A stretch of DNA of 64,000 nt from an uncultured Gammaproteobacteria bacterium (GCA_964486505.1 CAZAMC010000001.1:106133-170132), one strand, 5' to 3'. Numbered from the stretch's first letter, positions 38,428 to 48,129 are shown. The notes: generated from the sequence alone by a model not told the origin. Numbers and translations: made by a program.

Positions 38428-38730
38428 TTAGACGTTCAAGAGCGCGAAGTGAACGCGAACGGCCTTCCCGACGGCGAGGTTCTCACGCTTCCGTACATCG
38501 GCCTTTACAAAAAGCCAGTACGATACTTCTCGATTCCAAAAGATTGAGGTCTTCCAGGACGTGCCCCCGACGATTACCTCCACGCGGAGTGAACCCCAGC
38601 CCCCATGGTTGGGCCGGTATTGCTGGCGAAGTTGCTGCGCCAACTTCCGCGGCACGGTTATGAAATGCCAGCCCCCCGGTCCAGGGAACCGCTTCAGCAC
38701 GCCCCGGAAACTATACGCATGCGGTCTCAC
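38428..38730 (-). CDS. DUF1905-like small protein
   Basis: 100 aa. GWHFITVP...GWGSLRVEVIVGGTSWKTS pattern resembles DUF1905. Confidence 0.55.
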   Translation of the reverse strand: MRPHAYSFRGVLKRFPGPGGWHFITVPRKLAQQLRQQYRPNHGGWGSLRVEVIVGGTSWKTSIFWNREVSYWLFVKADVRKRENLAVGKAVRVHFALLNV

Positions 38731-39410
38731 AATTTGTACACTACGTCTTTGCGTTCCACCACAATTTTCCAGCCCACCCGCCGAGCGTACGTGTAGAGAA
38801 TGCGGTTTGGGTTAAAACAAATAGGGACATCAACGAGTTTAAGCATGGGGATGTCCCCTTCCGAATCCCCCAAGCCCACCGAGCCCTTCAAGGAGATGCC
38901 TTCGTGGGCAATAGCGTGTTTCAGTATCTGGGCTTTGTCGTTAATGACCTCGGCATGCAGGATCTTCCCCGTAAAACGCTGATGGGCGTCCAGCTCAAAC
39001 ATGCGGCCGTACACTCGATGAAAGCCCCAGTGCTTGGTGAACTCCACCACAAGGTCACGGGGCGAGTGGGATATCGCCAGCAAAAAATACCGCTGTTTCC
39101 GCAGCTTTCTAATCATATCTCGGGTATACCGGTACACCCGATGTTTCTGGTATCCAATGACCTTACGAACCACGCGCAAAAAGACGGTTCGTTGAACGCC
39201 GGCAATGTATTTGTCGAACGCTCGAACAACGTCGGCAATGTAGGCGTCGTAGCCCGCCTTCCGATTCAACCAATTCTCAAAGCTCTGCTGGTACACCCGC
39301 CGAGCCCGTGCAGGAAAAATGCCTTCAGCGATGAGGGCGTTGGTTACCTCGATGAGCAAACTCGAGCGAAAGATGGTGCCATCAATGTCAAAAATGGCTA
39401 GCTTCTTCAT
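38727..39410 (-). CDS. HAD-superfamily hydrolase (subfamily IB-like)
   Basis: LAIFDIDGT motif I. GDSEGD motif IV. Confidence 0.75.
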   Translation of the reverse strand: MKKLAIFDIDGTIFRSSLLIEVTNALIAEGIFPARARRVYQQSFENWLNRKAGYDAYIADVVRAFDKYIAGVQRTVFLRVVRKVIGYQKHRVYRYTRDMIRKLRKQRYFLLAISHSPRDLVVEFTKHWGFHRVYGRMFELDAHQRFTGKILHAEVINDKAQILKHAIAHEGISLKGSVGLGDSEGDIPMLKLVDVPICFNPNRILYTYARRVGWKIVVERKDVVYKL

Positions 39411-39475
39411 AGAACAAGTATACACCTGCGGCTTGCGCCAGGGGCACGCGCTTCCTAAATTTTCCCCCTGGATTT

Positions 39476-39901
39476 CTAATCAAACGCGAGAATCGTCAAA
39501 AACAAGCCAATAACGCAAATGATGCTTGCAAAGTAGATGCTCGCTTTTTCAAAGGTGACTGTACGCCAGCGCTGGGGCAACAAACGGAGCAACACCAGCC
39601 AGGCTCCAAGAAAAATTGCGGTGTTCAGGGCAAAAGGGAAAATCGAACCATCCGGCGGGATGTCGCTGCCCAGGGGCGGTAAGGGGTAGTAGAATGTCAC
39701 AAAAGGAAAACCGGCTTTGGCGATGAGGGGAGCTCGTACCGAGCCGGGTTCATTGAAGTACTTTTGCAAATCAATGTCCTGGTAGGGCAAGTCCGTACGC
39801 GAAGACCACAGAGAAATCCAGGTGGTAATGAGGGCGAGGGCAACCGCGGCCTTCACGAAGGAAAAATGATGCTTGTTGATCTGCGGTGTATCATTAGCCA
39901 T
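39476..39901 (-). CDS. Hypothetical membrane protein
   Basis: Three to four hydrophobic helices. No recognisable motif. Confidence 0.4.
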   Translation of the reverse strand: MANDTPQINKHHFSFVKAAVALALITTWISLWSSRTDLPYQDIDLQKYFNEPGSVRAPLIAKAGFPFVTFYYPLPPLGSDIPPDGSIFPFALNTAIFLGAWLVLLRLLPQRWRTVTFEKASIYFASIICVIGLFLTILAFD

Positions 39902-39914
39902 AAATTGGTTCTCT

Positions 39915-41159
39915 TTACGAGCAGTAGTCGCTCATAGTCCCGCTCACGCCGTCAGCCGCCGGAAGGGCGCGAACCGTTGCTTCATCGGTAGCGGAAAGCC
40001 AGTCAAACCAGCATACGGCAAAGTACGCGTTGCTCACCATGTCACTGTGTGCCGTTTGATAAGCGACATCCTGCGAAGCAGCGTTTGCCGTTCGCAAGTC
40101 GTAGACACCAAGGTCGAAACCGACGTTATCTGGATGCCCAACTGCAGTAGCGATAACGGTCCCGGATTTAATGAATGCCGGCTTGACTATGTACGATTGC
40201 GAACTCTCATTCGGCGCGGGCAGCTGGCTAGCCAGGGCGGCCATAGTGGACGAAAGTGTATGCAGGTGGTCCAGCCGGTAACGGATGCCGCAGGGGTGGA
40301 TGAAGTCGAAGTAGTACTGAATATCCGCGCCTTCGTAATGCCGAGAGCCATCTACGACGTACCCATCAAACGGTGCGGTAATCGTAACTGCGTTGTAGGC
40401 CTGGCCATCTAGGCGGAAACCACCGTGAGGCTTGTACTGGCCGCCGCGTACTTGGCCCGGGTACAAAACAGAACTGGCTTGGGCAATGTTTACAGGCAAT
40501 CGAATAGTGAATGGTGTTGGGCACGTTGGCACCGTCCCTCCAGATGCTACCCACTTCGTACCGTTGAAGTTCCACGACACGCTACTGAACGGCGTAAGGC
40601 TCTTCACCAGAGCTGCAAGAGATTGCGCAAAAGGACTCGTGCTCTGTTTGGTCCACTTTTCGGAAACACTGTAGACGTTTACTTTGTCGTTTGAGAGTAA
40701 GACAACCCGCCACGTTGTTTTCACGCCCCGGACAGTTTTGGTAAGGGTGAGGAGGGATGCACTCCATCCAGAACGCGTGTACGTACTGATTCTTACGGTC
40801 GCACCAAGTTTTGTAGCGAGAACCTTTGCATACGCGTTCACAAAACCCGACCAACTTTTTTTCAAGCTGGACTTCAAGCTCGTCGTCAGGACGGCCGAGT
40901 CGTTATTGAGTAACTGCACAGTAGCGCTGTAGCTCACACCTTTCGCGGCAAGAGTCTTCAACGTCGCCGCGGGTGGTACCACCCCCACAGACTTTGCGAA
41001 CTTCTTCGTGCTCCAAGTGCTGGGGTACGTGAAGCTGTACTGATCTGCGGTGTACGTGTAGGTCTTGGTCGTGGCGGCGTACACGGGCACTGCCTGCAGA
41101 ATAGTGCCTGCGGTGAAGAGAATGCTCAGCACAATGGCAAGTTTCTTTACCATACGCAT
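39915..41159 (-). CDS. Secreted hypothetical protein, possibly with a degenerate LytM/M23-like C-terminal region
   Basis: Signal peptide LAIVLSILFTAGTILQAVPVYAA. C-terminal HGGFRLD ... DHLH spacing reminiscent of M23 HxxxD/HxH. Weak. Confidence 0.4.
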   Translation of the reverse strand: MRMVKKLAIVLSILFTAGTILQAVPVYAATTKTYTYTADQYSFTYPSTWSTKKFAKSVGVVPPAATLKTLAAKGVSYSATVQLLNNDSAVLTTSLKSSLKKSWSGFVNAYAKVLATKLGATVRISTYTRSGWSASLLTLTKTVRGVKTTWRVVLLSNDKVNVYSVSEKWTKQSTSPFAQSLAALVKSLTPFSSVSWNFNGTKWVASGGTVPTCPTPFTIRLPVNIAQASSVLYPGQVRGGQYKPHGGFRLDGQAYNAVTITAPFDGYVVDGSRHYEGADIQYYFDFIHPCGIRYRLDHLHTLSSTMAALASQLPAPNESSQSYIVKPAFIKSGTVIATAVGHPDNVGFDLGVYDLRTANAASQDVAYQTAHSDMVSNAYFAVCWFDWLSATDEATVRALPAADGVSGTMSDYCS

Positions 41160-41165
41160 AGTATA

Positions 41166-41534
41166 CTACTGAACTTTGGCAAGGTTCTCCGTAAGCCGGT
41201 ATTTCACAATTCTGGTTATGAGACGGTAAGGAATGCGAACGCCCCAAGGAAATTGCACAGTCCCCTTTGACGTTCTGTACGGCTGAAGCGCCTTGGCGAA
41301 CACCCGCATGGCCACTGAGCCGGGAAAGAAACTTACGTGCTGTTTAAAACCCCCAAAGTGCACAAGGTTCTTACCGTGCACCTGGAAGGTTGGAATGCCA
41401 TACCGCATTACCTCGGTAGCGTGCGGCGCTGCTCTTCGAATGGTTGTGCGGAGGGTCTGCAAAATCCGCCTTTCCGGTGGCGGGAAGGCCTTCAGGTACG
41501 CAGCAACAGTTTTTACGGATGTACGCATGTACAC
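41166..41534 (-). CDS. DUF1801 (YdhG-like) domain protein
   Basis: VAAYLKAFPPPERRILQTLRTTIRRAAPHATEVMRYGIPTFQ fits the DUF1801 pattern. Confidence 0.6.
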   Translation of the reverse strand: MYMRTSVKTVAAYLKAFPPPERRILQTLRTTIRRAAPHATEVMRYGIPTFQVHGKNLVHFGGFKQHVSFFPGSVAMRVFAKALQPYRTSKGTVQFPWGVRIPYRLITRIVKYRLTENLAKVQ

Positions 41535-41601
41535 TCATCTGCTAGTGCTATGGTATGAGTATACAGTACCGGGCTTGCTTCCGAAAATGGCTGACTGTTG
41601 C

Positions 41602-42177
41602 TTAGCTATTCACACACAAGCGCTTCGCCCGCTGGTACCAATCTTCAACAGATCCACAAAGCCACCACGCGTCCTGTTCAACCGTAGCGAGGTTATCGGG
41701 AAACGAAAGAAGCTCGGGTTGGTGAAACGGCACTTGTCCGGGGGAAAGTGCCAGACTTAAAGGGTGTGCACCCAGGCGATCGCGAATTTGTAGCAGGGTT
41801 TTCCCCCGAAAGTGCTCCCCTAGCCGCTGAACACAACGGCGCAGTGCAATATCCTGGATGTGCGTTCGCACAGGTCCACGTTTGGCGTAGTCCGTACCAG
41901 ACTCCACGTTACTTGGGTCATCATCGTACACATCGGCAGCGGTAGCCACGAGCTGCTCTAGCAATTCTGGCCGCTGCTTCAAGTATGCCAAATAGGCGTC
42001 TTCATACAGTTGGCAGGCTTCAACGTACTCGTAGAGTTTCCCTTCCACCAGCCAGGCCATGCGCCAATGCCCTTTGCCGTACGTGGCATCGCGCTTTGCC
42101 CATTCGGCATTGCGATGCTTGCCAACGTAACCCGTGGAGGTGTTGGAAAGAATTTTCCAAAATTTGGGGTCGAGCAT
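41602..42177 (-). CDS. Hypothetical protein
   Basis: 191-aa ORF with coding-like composition. No recognisable family. Confidence 0.4.
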   Translation of the reverse strand: MLDPKFWKILSNTSTGYVGKHRNAEWAKRDATYGKGHWRMAWLVEGKLYEYVEACQLYEDAYLAYLKQRPELLEQLVATAADVYDDDPSNVESGTDYAKRGPVRTHIQDIALRRCVQRLGEHFRGKTLLQIRDRLGAHPLSLALSPGQVPFHQPELLSFPDNLATVEQDAWWLCGSVEDWYQRAKRLCVNS

Positions 42178-42238
42178 GTGAGTACTCTACCCGGTGACCG
42201 GCTACGCGGACTAGTGAAGTGGACTTCAGCAAGAAATA

Positions 42239-42736
42239 CTACCGAACTTCTCGCACGCTCAGTACAACGTCCTTCCCCCCAATGGTTCGGTGAATTGTAT
42301 CCCCCACTTGCCTGCCCATGAGCAACGCGCCCAAGGGTGATTTGTGTGAAATAATCCCCCGCCCTGGGTCGGTTTCGGTTGGGCCAAGAATGCGGAACGT
42401 TTGGCGCCCGCCGTCTTGCTCAATAGTCACGGTGCTTCCAAGTTGAACAATTCCCGATTCGCTACGAGACGGGATAATCTGCGCAAGCTTAAGGTGGTCT
42501 TCAATTTCCAGGATGCGTTGGTTAATACCTCGCAACCGCCCTTTAGACAGTTGGTAGGCCGCGTTTTCCGAAAAGTCCCCCATTTCTGCCAAGCGCTTCA
42601 CTTCAGCCGCCGCCTCGGGGCGCGCCCGCAGCAGTCGAGCGAGTTGTTGTTTGAGCTCGTCAAACTTTCCCTGCGTCATGTGCGGGTCTCGCTGTTGGTC
42701 TGTGTACTTCCCCGGTTTCCGGGCAGGGATGCGCAT
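42239..42736 (-). CDS. GreA/GreB-family transcript cleavage factor, second paralogue
   Basis: LAEMGDFSENAAYQLSKGRL acidic-tip coiled coil. C-terminal VQLGSTVTIE...GIISHKSPLGALLMGRQVGD. Start at MTQGKF (42679) or MRIPAR (42736). The ORF-track extension to 42961 overlaps the upstream gene. Confidence 0.75.
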   Translation of the reverse strand: MRIPARKPGKYTDQQRDPHMTQGKFDELKQQLARLLRARPEAAAEVKRLAEMGDFSENAAYQLSKGRLRGINQRILEIEDHLKLAQIIPSRSESGIVQLGSTVTIEQDGGRQTFRILGPTETDPGRGIISHKSPLGALLMGRQVGDTIHRTIGGKDVVLSVREVR

Positions 42737-43113
42737 TACCCTTGTATACCTGGTTGGCTGGGCTGTCGCTGCTTGTAGAGGATGTACCAGCCAGCAATTG
42801 CGCCAATGATGGGTGGGAAAGCCATGAGGAGGCCTTCTGCCGTATGGGGGCCCAGCAGGTATACCGTCAGGGCTAACCCGATAACCAAAAAGCCAAATGG
42901 CCGAACGTCTTTGAAAAATCGGCACACCCCAAAGGCGAGCAGAAGGTACAGCGCCCCCCATATGAACATAGTGAAGCTGGATGCCCCCGCCCCGCAGCTA
43001 ATTTCTGTGGACCGCTCGGCGGCTGAGCACAAACCGTAGGCTTGCACGACCCCAGCAACAAGGGCGGCAACCAAGTGAGCAGTGAACGCGTAGAATAGGA
43101 AGTGACGCTTCAT
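42736..43113 (-). CDS. Hypothetical small membrane protein
   Basis: Four hydrophobic segments. 125 aa. Confidence 0.4.
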   Translation of the reverse strand: MKRHFLFYAFTAHLVAALVAGVVQAYGLCSAAERSTEISCGAGASSFTMFIWGALYLLLAFGVCRFFKDVRPFGFLVIGLALTVYLLGPHTAEGLLMAFPPIIGAIAGWYILYKQRQPSQPGIQG

Positions 43114-43196
43114 GCCCTAGAGTATATACCTACGCTTCAAAAAGTGTCATCCGTAAAACTCCTACAAAATTTGGTTTGTAAGGTATACTGACGCCC

Positions 43197-44717
43197 ATGA
43201 CCAACCGCACCAAAATGGCACTCCGGCTAGGCCTGGTTGCCCTTGTACCCATTCTTGCCTTATCACCGGTGTTCCCAGCGCCTGCGAGCGTGGCGGCTGA
43301 ACCAGTGGTGGCGTACCCGAACTACAAGATTGCCGTCATTATGGTGACGTTCTCAGATAACCCGGCAAAGCCAACAATTGACGGCACGAAGACGGTGTTA
43401 ACCAAAGCCTATGTCAGCGAGGCACTCTTCACCGGCTCTACGTCCATGGCCGCCTTCTACGCCGATGCTTCGCGTGGGCAGGTTACCATAACGGGCGAAG
43501 TCTTTGATAATGCCGGGCAGTGGTACACCATCACTCGGCCACTCCTCAATGCCGAAGGTTGCGACTGGACAGAGTACTTCCGCGAAACCATCCGTGCCGC
43601 GAACGCAGACATAGACTTTAGCCAGTTCAACCAGGTGATGATGATTTCCCCCCGCCACGGCTGCAGTACCGGGGGTATCGCGGCAAGCGAAGTGGTACCG
43701 GATACGAACGGCGCTACGTACAGCGTCATTGACGTCAGTGGTTCTTTCGGCCGGATCCCCGACCACGAGCTGGGGCACACGATGCGCCTGGGCCACGCGA
43801 ACTCGTGGGAGTGCAAAGCCCCGGGGGTGCTGGTGGGAACGAATTGTGCCTCAATTGAATACGGCGACCGCTTTAACGTGATGGGCGTGAGCCCCCGCAT
43901 GCTCCAGCCCACCGGTTGGCAAAAAGAATTTCTGGGCTGGCTGGCGCCCGAAGAAATCACTACAGCAACCACAAGCGGTGATTACATTCTTCAGGCCTAC
44001 GAGTTGAACAACACGTTACCCAAGGTACTCAAAATTCCTCAAGCCTGGGACGCTGCTGGAGCGGTGACAAACTGGTACTACCTAGAGTACCGCCAACCCG
44101 TGGGCTTTGATAACCTGGTGCGAACGCCAACCATTCAGGAACTGGGCATTCCAAATGGTGTACTCGTCCACGCCATTCCAACCTCCAATCCATTTGTTAC
44201 AACGTCCCTGCTAGACATGACGCCAGGCTCTCTGCCAGGGCGGGATATATTTGATCCGGCCTTACCCTTGGGCTACAGCTACACCGATGCCCAAGCCGGC
44301 GTTAGCTTTGGTGTGCTGGCGCGTACCGCAACGACCATGACCATCCGGGTGAAATTCGGTGGGGCCAGTCTGTGCGCACCAAAAGCCCCAACCGTAACCA
44401 TTAAAAGTGTTAAAGGCTTTGGGAAGCCAGGCCAAGAATTGCGGTATGACCTTACGGTGAAGAACAACTCTGTGCTTTGCGGGAAGCAGAGTCTGGAAGT
44501 GCTCACGCGCAAAGCACCAGCGGGCTGGAAAGTGACAATTGATAAGAAGAGCAAGAACGCCTTGAGCGTGCTCTCGGGTCAAACTCAAAAATTTACGGTT
44601 CGGCTAACTTCACCGAAAAAAGCCACGTACCAGAAGTACACATTTGCCCTCGAAGCCCGGCTCGCAAAAAAGCCAACCAACAAGCGGGCAATTCAGCTGA
44701 AACCGGCGATTCGCTAG
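43197..44717 (+). CDS. Secreted zinc metalloprotease (HExxH...H) with beta-rich C-terminal domain
   Basis: Signal peptide MALRLGLVALVPILALSPVFPAPASVAA. HELGHTMRLGHAN motif. C-terminal CARDB/NEW3-like segment (TVKNNSVLCGKQSLEVLTRKAPAGWKV). Confidence 0.6.
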   Translation: MTNRTKMALRLGLVALVPILALSPVFPAPASVAAEPVVAYPNYKIAVIMVTFSDNPAKPTIDGTKTVLTKAYVSEALFTGSTSMAAFYADASRGQVTITGEVFDNAGQWYTITRPLLNAEGCDWTEYFRETIRAANADIDFSQFNQVMMISPRHGCSTGGIAASEVVPDTNGATYSVIDVSGSFGRIPDHELGHTMRLGHANSWECKAPGVLVGTNCASIEYGDRFNVMGVSPRMLQPTGWQKEFLGWLAPEEITTATTSGDYILQAYELNNTLPKVLKIPQAWDAAGAVTNWYYLEYRQPVGFDNLVRTPTIQELGIPNGVLVHAIPTSNPFVTTSLLDMTPGSLPGRDIFDPALPLGYSYTDAQAGVSFGVLARTATTMTIRVKFGGASLCAPKAPTVTIKSVKGFGKPGQELRYDLTVKNNSVLCGKQSLEVLTRKAPAGWKVTIDKKSKNALSVLSGQTQKFTVRLTSPKKATYQKYTFALEARLAKKPTNKRAIQLKPAIR

Positions 44718-44720
44718 CAC

Positions 44721-45323
44721 TTAGGCTTCCACCCCAAGGGCCCGCAGGTCCGTCTTTAGCTGCTCTAGATTTTTAAACAGTATGGTCTGCATGCCCAACG
44801 CCCGAGCGGGCGGGAGGTTCTTTTCGAGATCATCAATGAACACGCATTCGGTAGCGGGTACCTGCAAAGCCTGTAGGGCATCTTGGTAAATCTTTTGCTC
44901 GGGCTTGGCCGACTCACTGGTGTAGGAGGTAATAATTGCGTCAAAAATTTTGCCAAGGGCTTTTTCCTCAATGTGGGGCGCAAACCACGACTCAATGTGG
45001 TTTGAGATAATGCCCAGCTTATACTTACCCAGCAAGGTCGTTTGCACAAACAACAACATGCTTGGGTTATAGTTCAGAAATTCATCTATGTCGCGGTGAA
45101 ATTGCTCCTCGCTCACTCCCGCAAGCGCAGACAGCTCTGACCAAAAGCGCCGGGAATCTATCTTCCCCACCCGAGCTTCGTACCATATTGCTAGCAAACT
45201 CTTGGTGAATGCCTCAACGTCAAAACCATGTTTCTTGGCATACGCCTCACAGAAATCATTGAACGTCAACGAGCTGGTGAATACCCCGCCCCAGTCAAAA
45301 ATTAGGGTTGTGATCTTTGGCAT
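44721..45323 (-). CDS. HAD-superfamily hydrolase
   Basis: LIFDWGGV motif I. FIDDLEKN motif IV-like. Start at MPKITT. Confidence 0.7.
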   Translation of the reverse strand: MPKITTLIFDWGGVFTSSLTFNDFCEAYAKKHGFDVEAFTKSLLAIWYEARVGKIDSRRFWSELSALAGVSEEQFHRDIDEFLNYNPSMLLFVQTTLLGKYKLGIISNHIESWFAPHIEEKALGKIFDAIITSYTSESAKPEQKIYQDALQALQVPATECVFIDDLEKNLPPARALGMQTILFKNLEQLKTDLRALGVEA

Positions 45324-45364
45324 ACACGTAGTATACCCTTGACAGCCTACTCTACCTATGACCC

Positions 45365-45724
45365 CTAAAACCCTGCGCAACCCGCATCATGCAAGCTCCT
45401 CGTCGATTCGTAATACGGAACGCGAGTAAAGTACCAGATAGCGAATAGAACAATGACGCCAACCAGAAGCAGAAGCACCGCTGGGTAGAGGTACTTCAGC
45501 ACCTCCTTTATTTCTACAAGGGCTGCTTGATTCTCTGGTGATTGCGGGTTTCTGGTTACAAAGCGTTTTCGGACTTCAAAGAATGCCAGCGCGAAACAGG
45601 CTAAGAGGAAAAACATGCTCAGTGCGAGCAGTCCGTAAAGGGAATACGTTGCCACCGCTGAGTCCTCCTGAATTCCCCAGGTTTCGCAGAGCATCCCGCC
45701 GACGTTCTCAATAGTTACTGCCAT
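45365..45724 (-). CDS. Hypothetical small membrane protein
   Basis: Two to three TM helices. 119 aa. Confidence 0.35.
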   Translation of the reverse strand: MAVTIENVGGMLCETWGIQEDSAVATYSLYGLLALSMFFLLACFALAFFEVRKRFVTRNPQSPENQAALVEIKEVLKYLYPAVLLLLVGVIVLFAIWYFTRVPYYESTRSLHDAGCAGF

Positions 45725-45810
45725 ATGTGTAGTGTACGTGTTTTAGAAAAAAACTACATCTATCATCCGCCCTTGGATTATAGGAGCCCCGCTACCAAAT
45801 TGCCACATAG

Positions 45811-45843
45811 AAAAACAAGAAGTGGGTTAGACTTCTTGTTTTA
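45811..45843 (-). terminator. Intrinsic terminator immediately after the fatty-acid-hydroxylase gene
   Basis: 10-bp stem AACAAGAAGT/ACTTCTTGTT with a 7-nt loop. Flanked by an A-tract and a T-tract (bidirectional-looking). Confidence 0.55.
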
Positions 45844-46671
45844 CCGAATGAGCGAGGTAGCCTTTGCCTCTCGTTTCCTGGCCCAGGAATCCAGCCAGCG
45901 GACAAAACGCCGGGGCGGCGCAACCTGGAATTCATCTGCAGTGGCCAGCCGACCTTCGAGCAAGAGCCGTTTGGGGAAGTGGCAGGTGCCAAAGAGCCAG
46001 TCGAACACCGGCAGACCAAAGAAGCCACTAATGGTTTCGTTCACGTTCACGTTGGCATGGTGGAAGTGATGGAAACCGTAGACTCTCTGCCAGAGCCAGC
46101 CGAAGTGCCGATGCTCTACGGCGCGTTTCCACCACGCGTAGGGGTAGTGCTCCACGGCGTGGAACACTTCGTAGCTGACCATTGACCAGGTGATTGCAGC
46201 GTAGCCACCCAGGATGACCGGTGCGTGTGGTAAGCAGAGCTGCACGCCAATGAGCAGCGGCGTGAACAGCGCCCAAAAGCTGAGCAGCGCGTACCACGGG
46301 AACGCCGAAGCTTCAAACTGCGTCCCTTCCACAATGGGGTAGCGGTTTAGGACAATGCGTCCGGGGCCCGCTTCATTCTTGCGGAGCCGAATGGGCGTGA
46401 GGCTATGGTGCAAACGGTGATCCTTTGCTAATTGCTTCGCCCACGAAAATGGCGCAACGTGGAGCACGTACCGGTGGAAGCCCCACTCGAACAGGGAGTT
46501 AAACAGGTGCATGACCAGGAAGACGAGGCTGAACGCGCCAAACCCGGCCGTCACTTGAGTCTTCCAGATTCCGGGGAACGCATACGCTATGCCAATGAGG
46601 AGCAAGAGCAGCTGGACGCAGACGAAAAGGAGGAACCACCGAATCGAGAAGCGTTTACTGTGCGTTGCCAT
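45841..46671 (-). CDS. Fatty acid hydroxylase / sterol desaturase superfamily integral membrane protein
   Basis: Histidine boxes HRYVLH, HRLHH and HHFHH in a 4-TM protein. Confidence 0.7.
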   Translation of the reverse strand: MATHSKRFSIRWFLLFVCVQLLLLLIGIAYAFPGIWKTQVTAGFGAFSLVFLVMHLFNSLFEWGFHRYVLHVAPFSWAKQLAKDHRLHHSLTPIRLRKNEAGPGRIVLNRYPIVEGTQFEASAFPWYALLSFWALFTPLLIGVQLCLPHAPVILGGYAAITWSMVSYEVFHAVEHYPYAWWKRAVEHRHFGWLWQRVYGFHHFHHANVNVNETISGFFGLPVFDWLFGTCHFPKRLLLEGRLATADEFQVAPPRRFVRWLDSWARKREAKATSLIR

Positions 46672-46810
46672 GGAGTTACCTCCGAGGTTTCAGGTTATAA
46701 AGGTGTCACATATTCATGCAACCCGCTGCTGTAATTACAGAGCGAGAAGTGTGTATTTTTCTGTTTCGTGAGTATAGGCGAAACCCACCCGAAAAACAAT
46801 TCTGGTAATT

Positions 46811-47395
46811 CTACAGTTCAGTAACTTCCTCGCACTTAACCAACTTACTATTTAGAAAGGCAATGACCTGTTCTCTTGCTTCCATTGGAATGTGGAAACC
46901 AAAAGCAAACTGCGGTGGCCGTTCTGGATGCTGGACACTTTCCTTGTGAAAAATTTGTACACGTGGAAGCTTGAGATTTTCATCACTAATATGGGGCTGC
47001 AAAGCAGTTGTTATTGCAAAGTACTTATAATTTTTCCACATTCGTTTTTCATTGGGTGGTTCTATCATCGTCACCCCTTCATCATCAAAAAGTATTTTTC
47101 TATACCGGTAAGCTGTGATTTCCGCATTACCAATAAGAGTAATAAAACCAAAGACACAGACGGCACCAACCATGAGGAACGCTGCAAATGTGAAATCTTT
47201 CCATGTTGCGTACACTTGGTACGCAATATAGAGCGCTACGGGCGCCAAGGTTATCATAACCCATTTGTTTGGCATCCATTTGGGTAGACTTTTCTTCTTT
47301 GACGATGTGGATCCCAAAGTCAGCAACAAACCCCTGGGAGTCTTTTCTATGGACCCGGTAACTTTTGGTGTGAACTGTATGTTTGCATCACTCAT
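46811..47395 (-). CDS. Hypothetical membrane protein (2 TM + C-terminal soluble domain, possibly bacterial PH-like)
   Basis: TM hairpin (VMITLAPVALYIAYQVY / FAAFLMVGAVCVFGFITLI) followed by a ~110 aa domain. PH-like call is weak inference. Confidence 0.45.
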   Translation of the reverse strand: MSDANIQFTPKVTGSIEKTPRGLLLTLGSTSSKKKSLPKWMPNKWVMITLAPVALYIAYQVYATWKDFTFAAFLMVGAVCVFGFITLIGNAEITAYRYRKILFDDEGVTMIEPPNEKRMWKNYKYFAITTALQPHISDENLKLPRVQIFHKESVQHPERPPQFAFGFHIPMEAREQVIAFLNSKLVKCEEVTEL

Positions 47396-47451
47396 AATGG
47401 CCTCTTTATACTACTCTTCTGAAAATATCCAATGTAGACAACATTTACTCC

Positions 47452-48129
47452 TCACTCCTGAAAAAATATCGCCATGACAAACGAAAATATCGCAAGAAGC
47501 CCCATAAATACAAAAAATGCGATGCGAAAGTACTTCCCCGATGGTCGCAACTTACCCGTGATATTGGAGCTATGGCGTATACCATGTGCTTGTAGCCATG
47601 CTGTAGCTTGTGTATGCATGTCGGCATTCGCGTACACTGGCACGCTCCAAGCACTACCACGCAACTTTAAGTAAATCACAGTAAGTGGCAGCTTCCCTTC
47701 TTCCTGGGTATCAGCGGCGATTTTTCGGACAGTAGCTGGTTTGTACACCGAAAGAGAGTTATCACCATACAACGAATACCACCGTATGTTTTTGAGCGGA
47801 ATGGTGCGGGTACGGTTATCTTGCAGGATTTCTACTGCATCGGGTCGAAAAGTATACGTCGCTTCTGCCACCCCACCCCGCTTGCGGAAGGCCAATACTA
47901 ACAGTACGCACGCGATTGCCAAAGGCAAGAGAAACCAAAGGTAAATTGGATCTTGCGAAGCAGCGTAGATGCCTATAGCAAGAGTGAGGAAAAAAGCCGA
48001 AACGAGTACTCGCAAACCTTGGTAGCTACTGGCGCCTCGCAGCGCAAGGTTCTCGCCTTTCAGGTACTTCCAAGTAAGTGTGTCATTCATGTCGTTATTG
48101 TACCATTCGTCTCCGAATAAATCGTACAA
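47452..48129 (-). CDS. Hypothetical membrane protein (TM hairpin + soluble domain + C-terminal TM)
   Basis: LRVLVSAFFLTLAIGIYAA / LWFLLPLAIACVLLVLAF, then soluble region, then C-terminal FRIAFFVFMGLLAIFSFVMAIFF. Confidence 0.45.
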   Translation of the reverse strand: MYDLFGDEWYNNDMNDTLTWKYLKGENLALRGASSYQGLRVLVSAFFLTLAIGIYAASQDPIYLWFLLPLAIACVLLVLAFRKRGGVAEATYTFRPDAVEILQDNRTRTIPLKNIRWYSLYGDNSLSVYKPATVRKIAADTQEEGKLPLTVIYLKLRGSAWSVPVYANADMHTQATAWLQAHGIRHSSNITGKLRPSGKYFRIAFFVFMGLLAIFSFVMAIFFQE

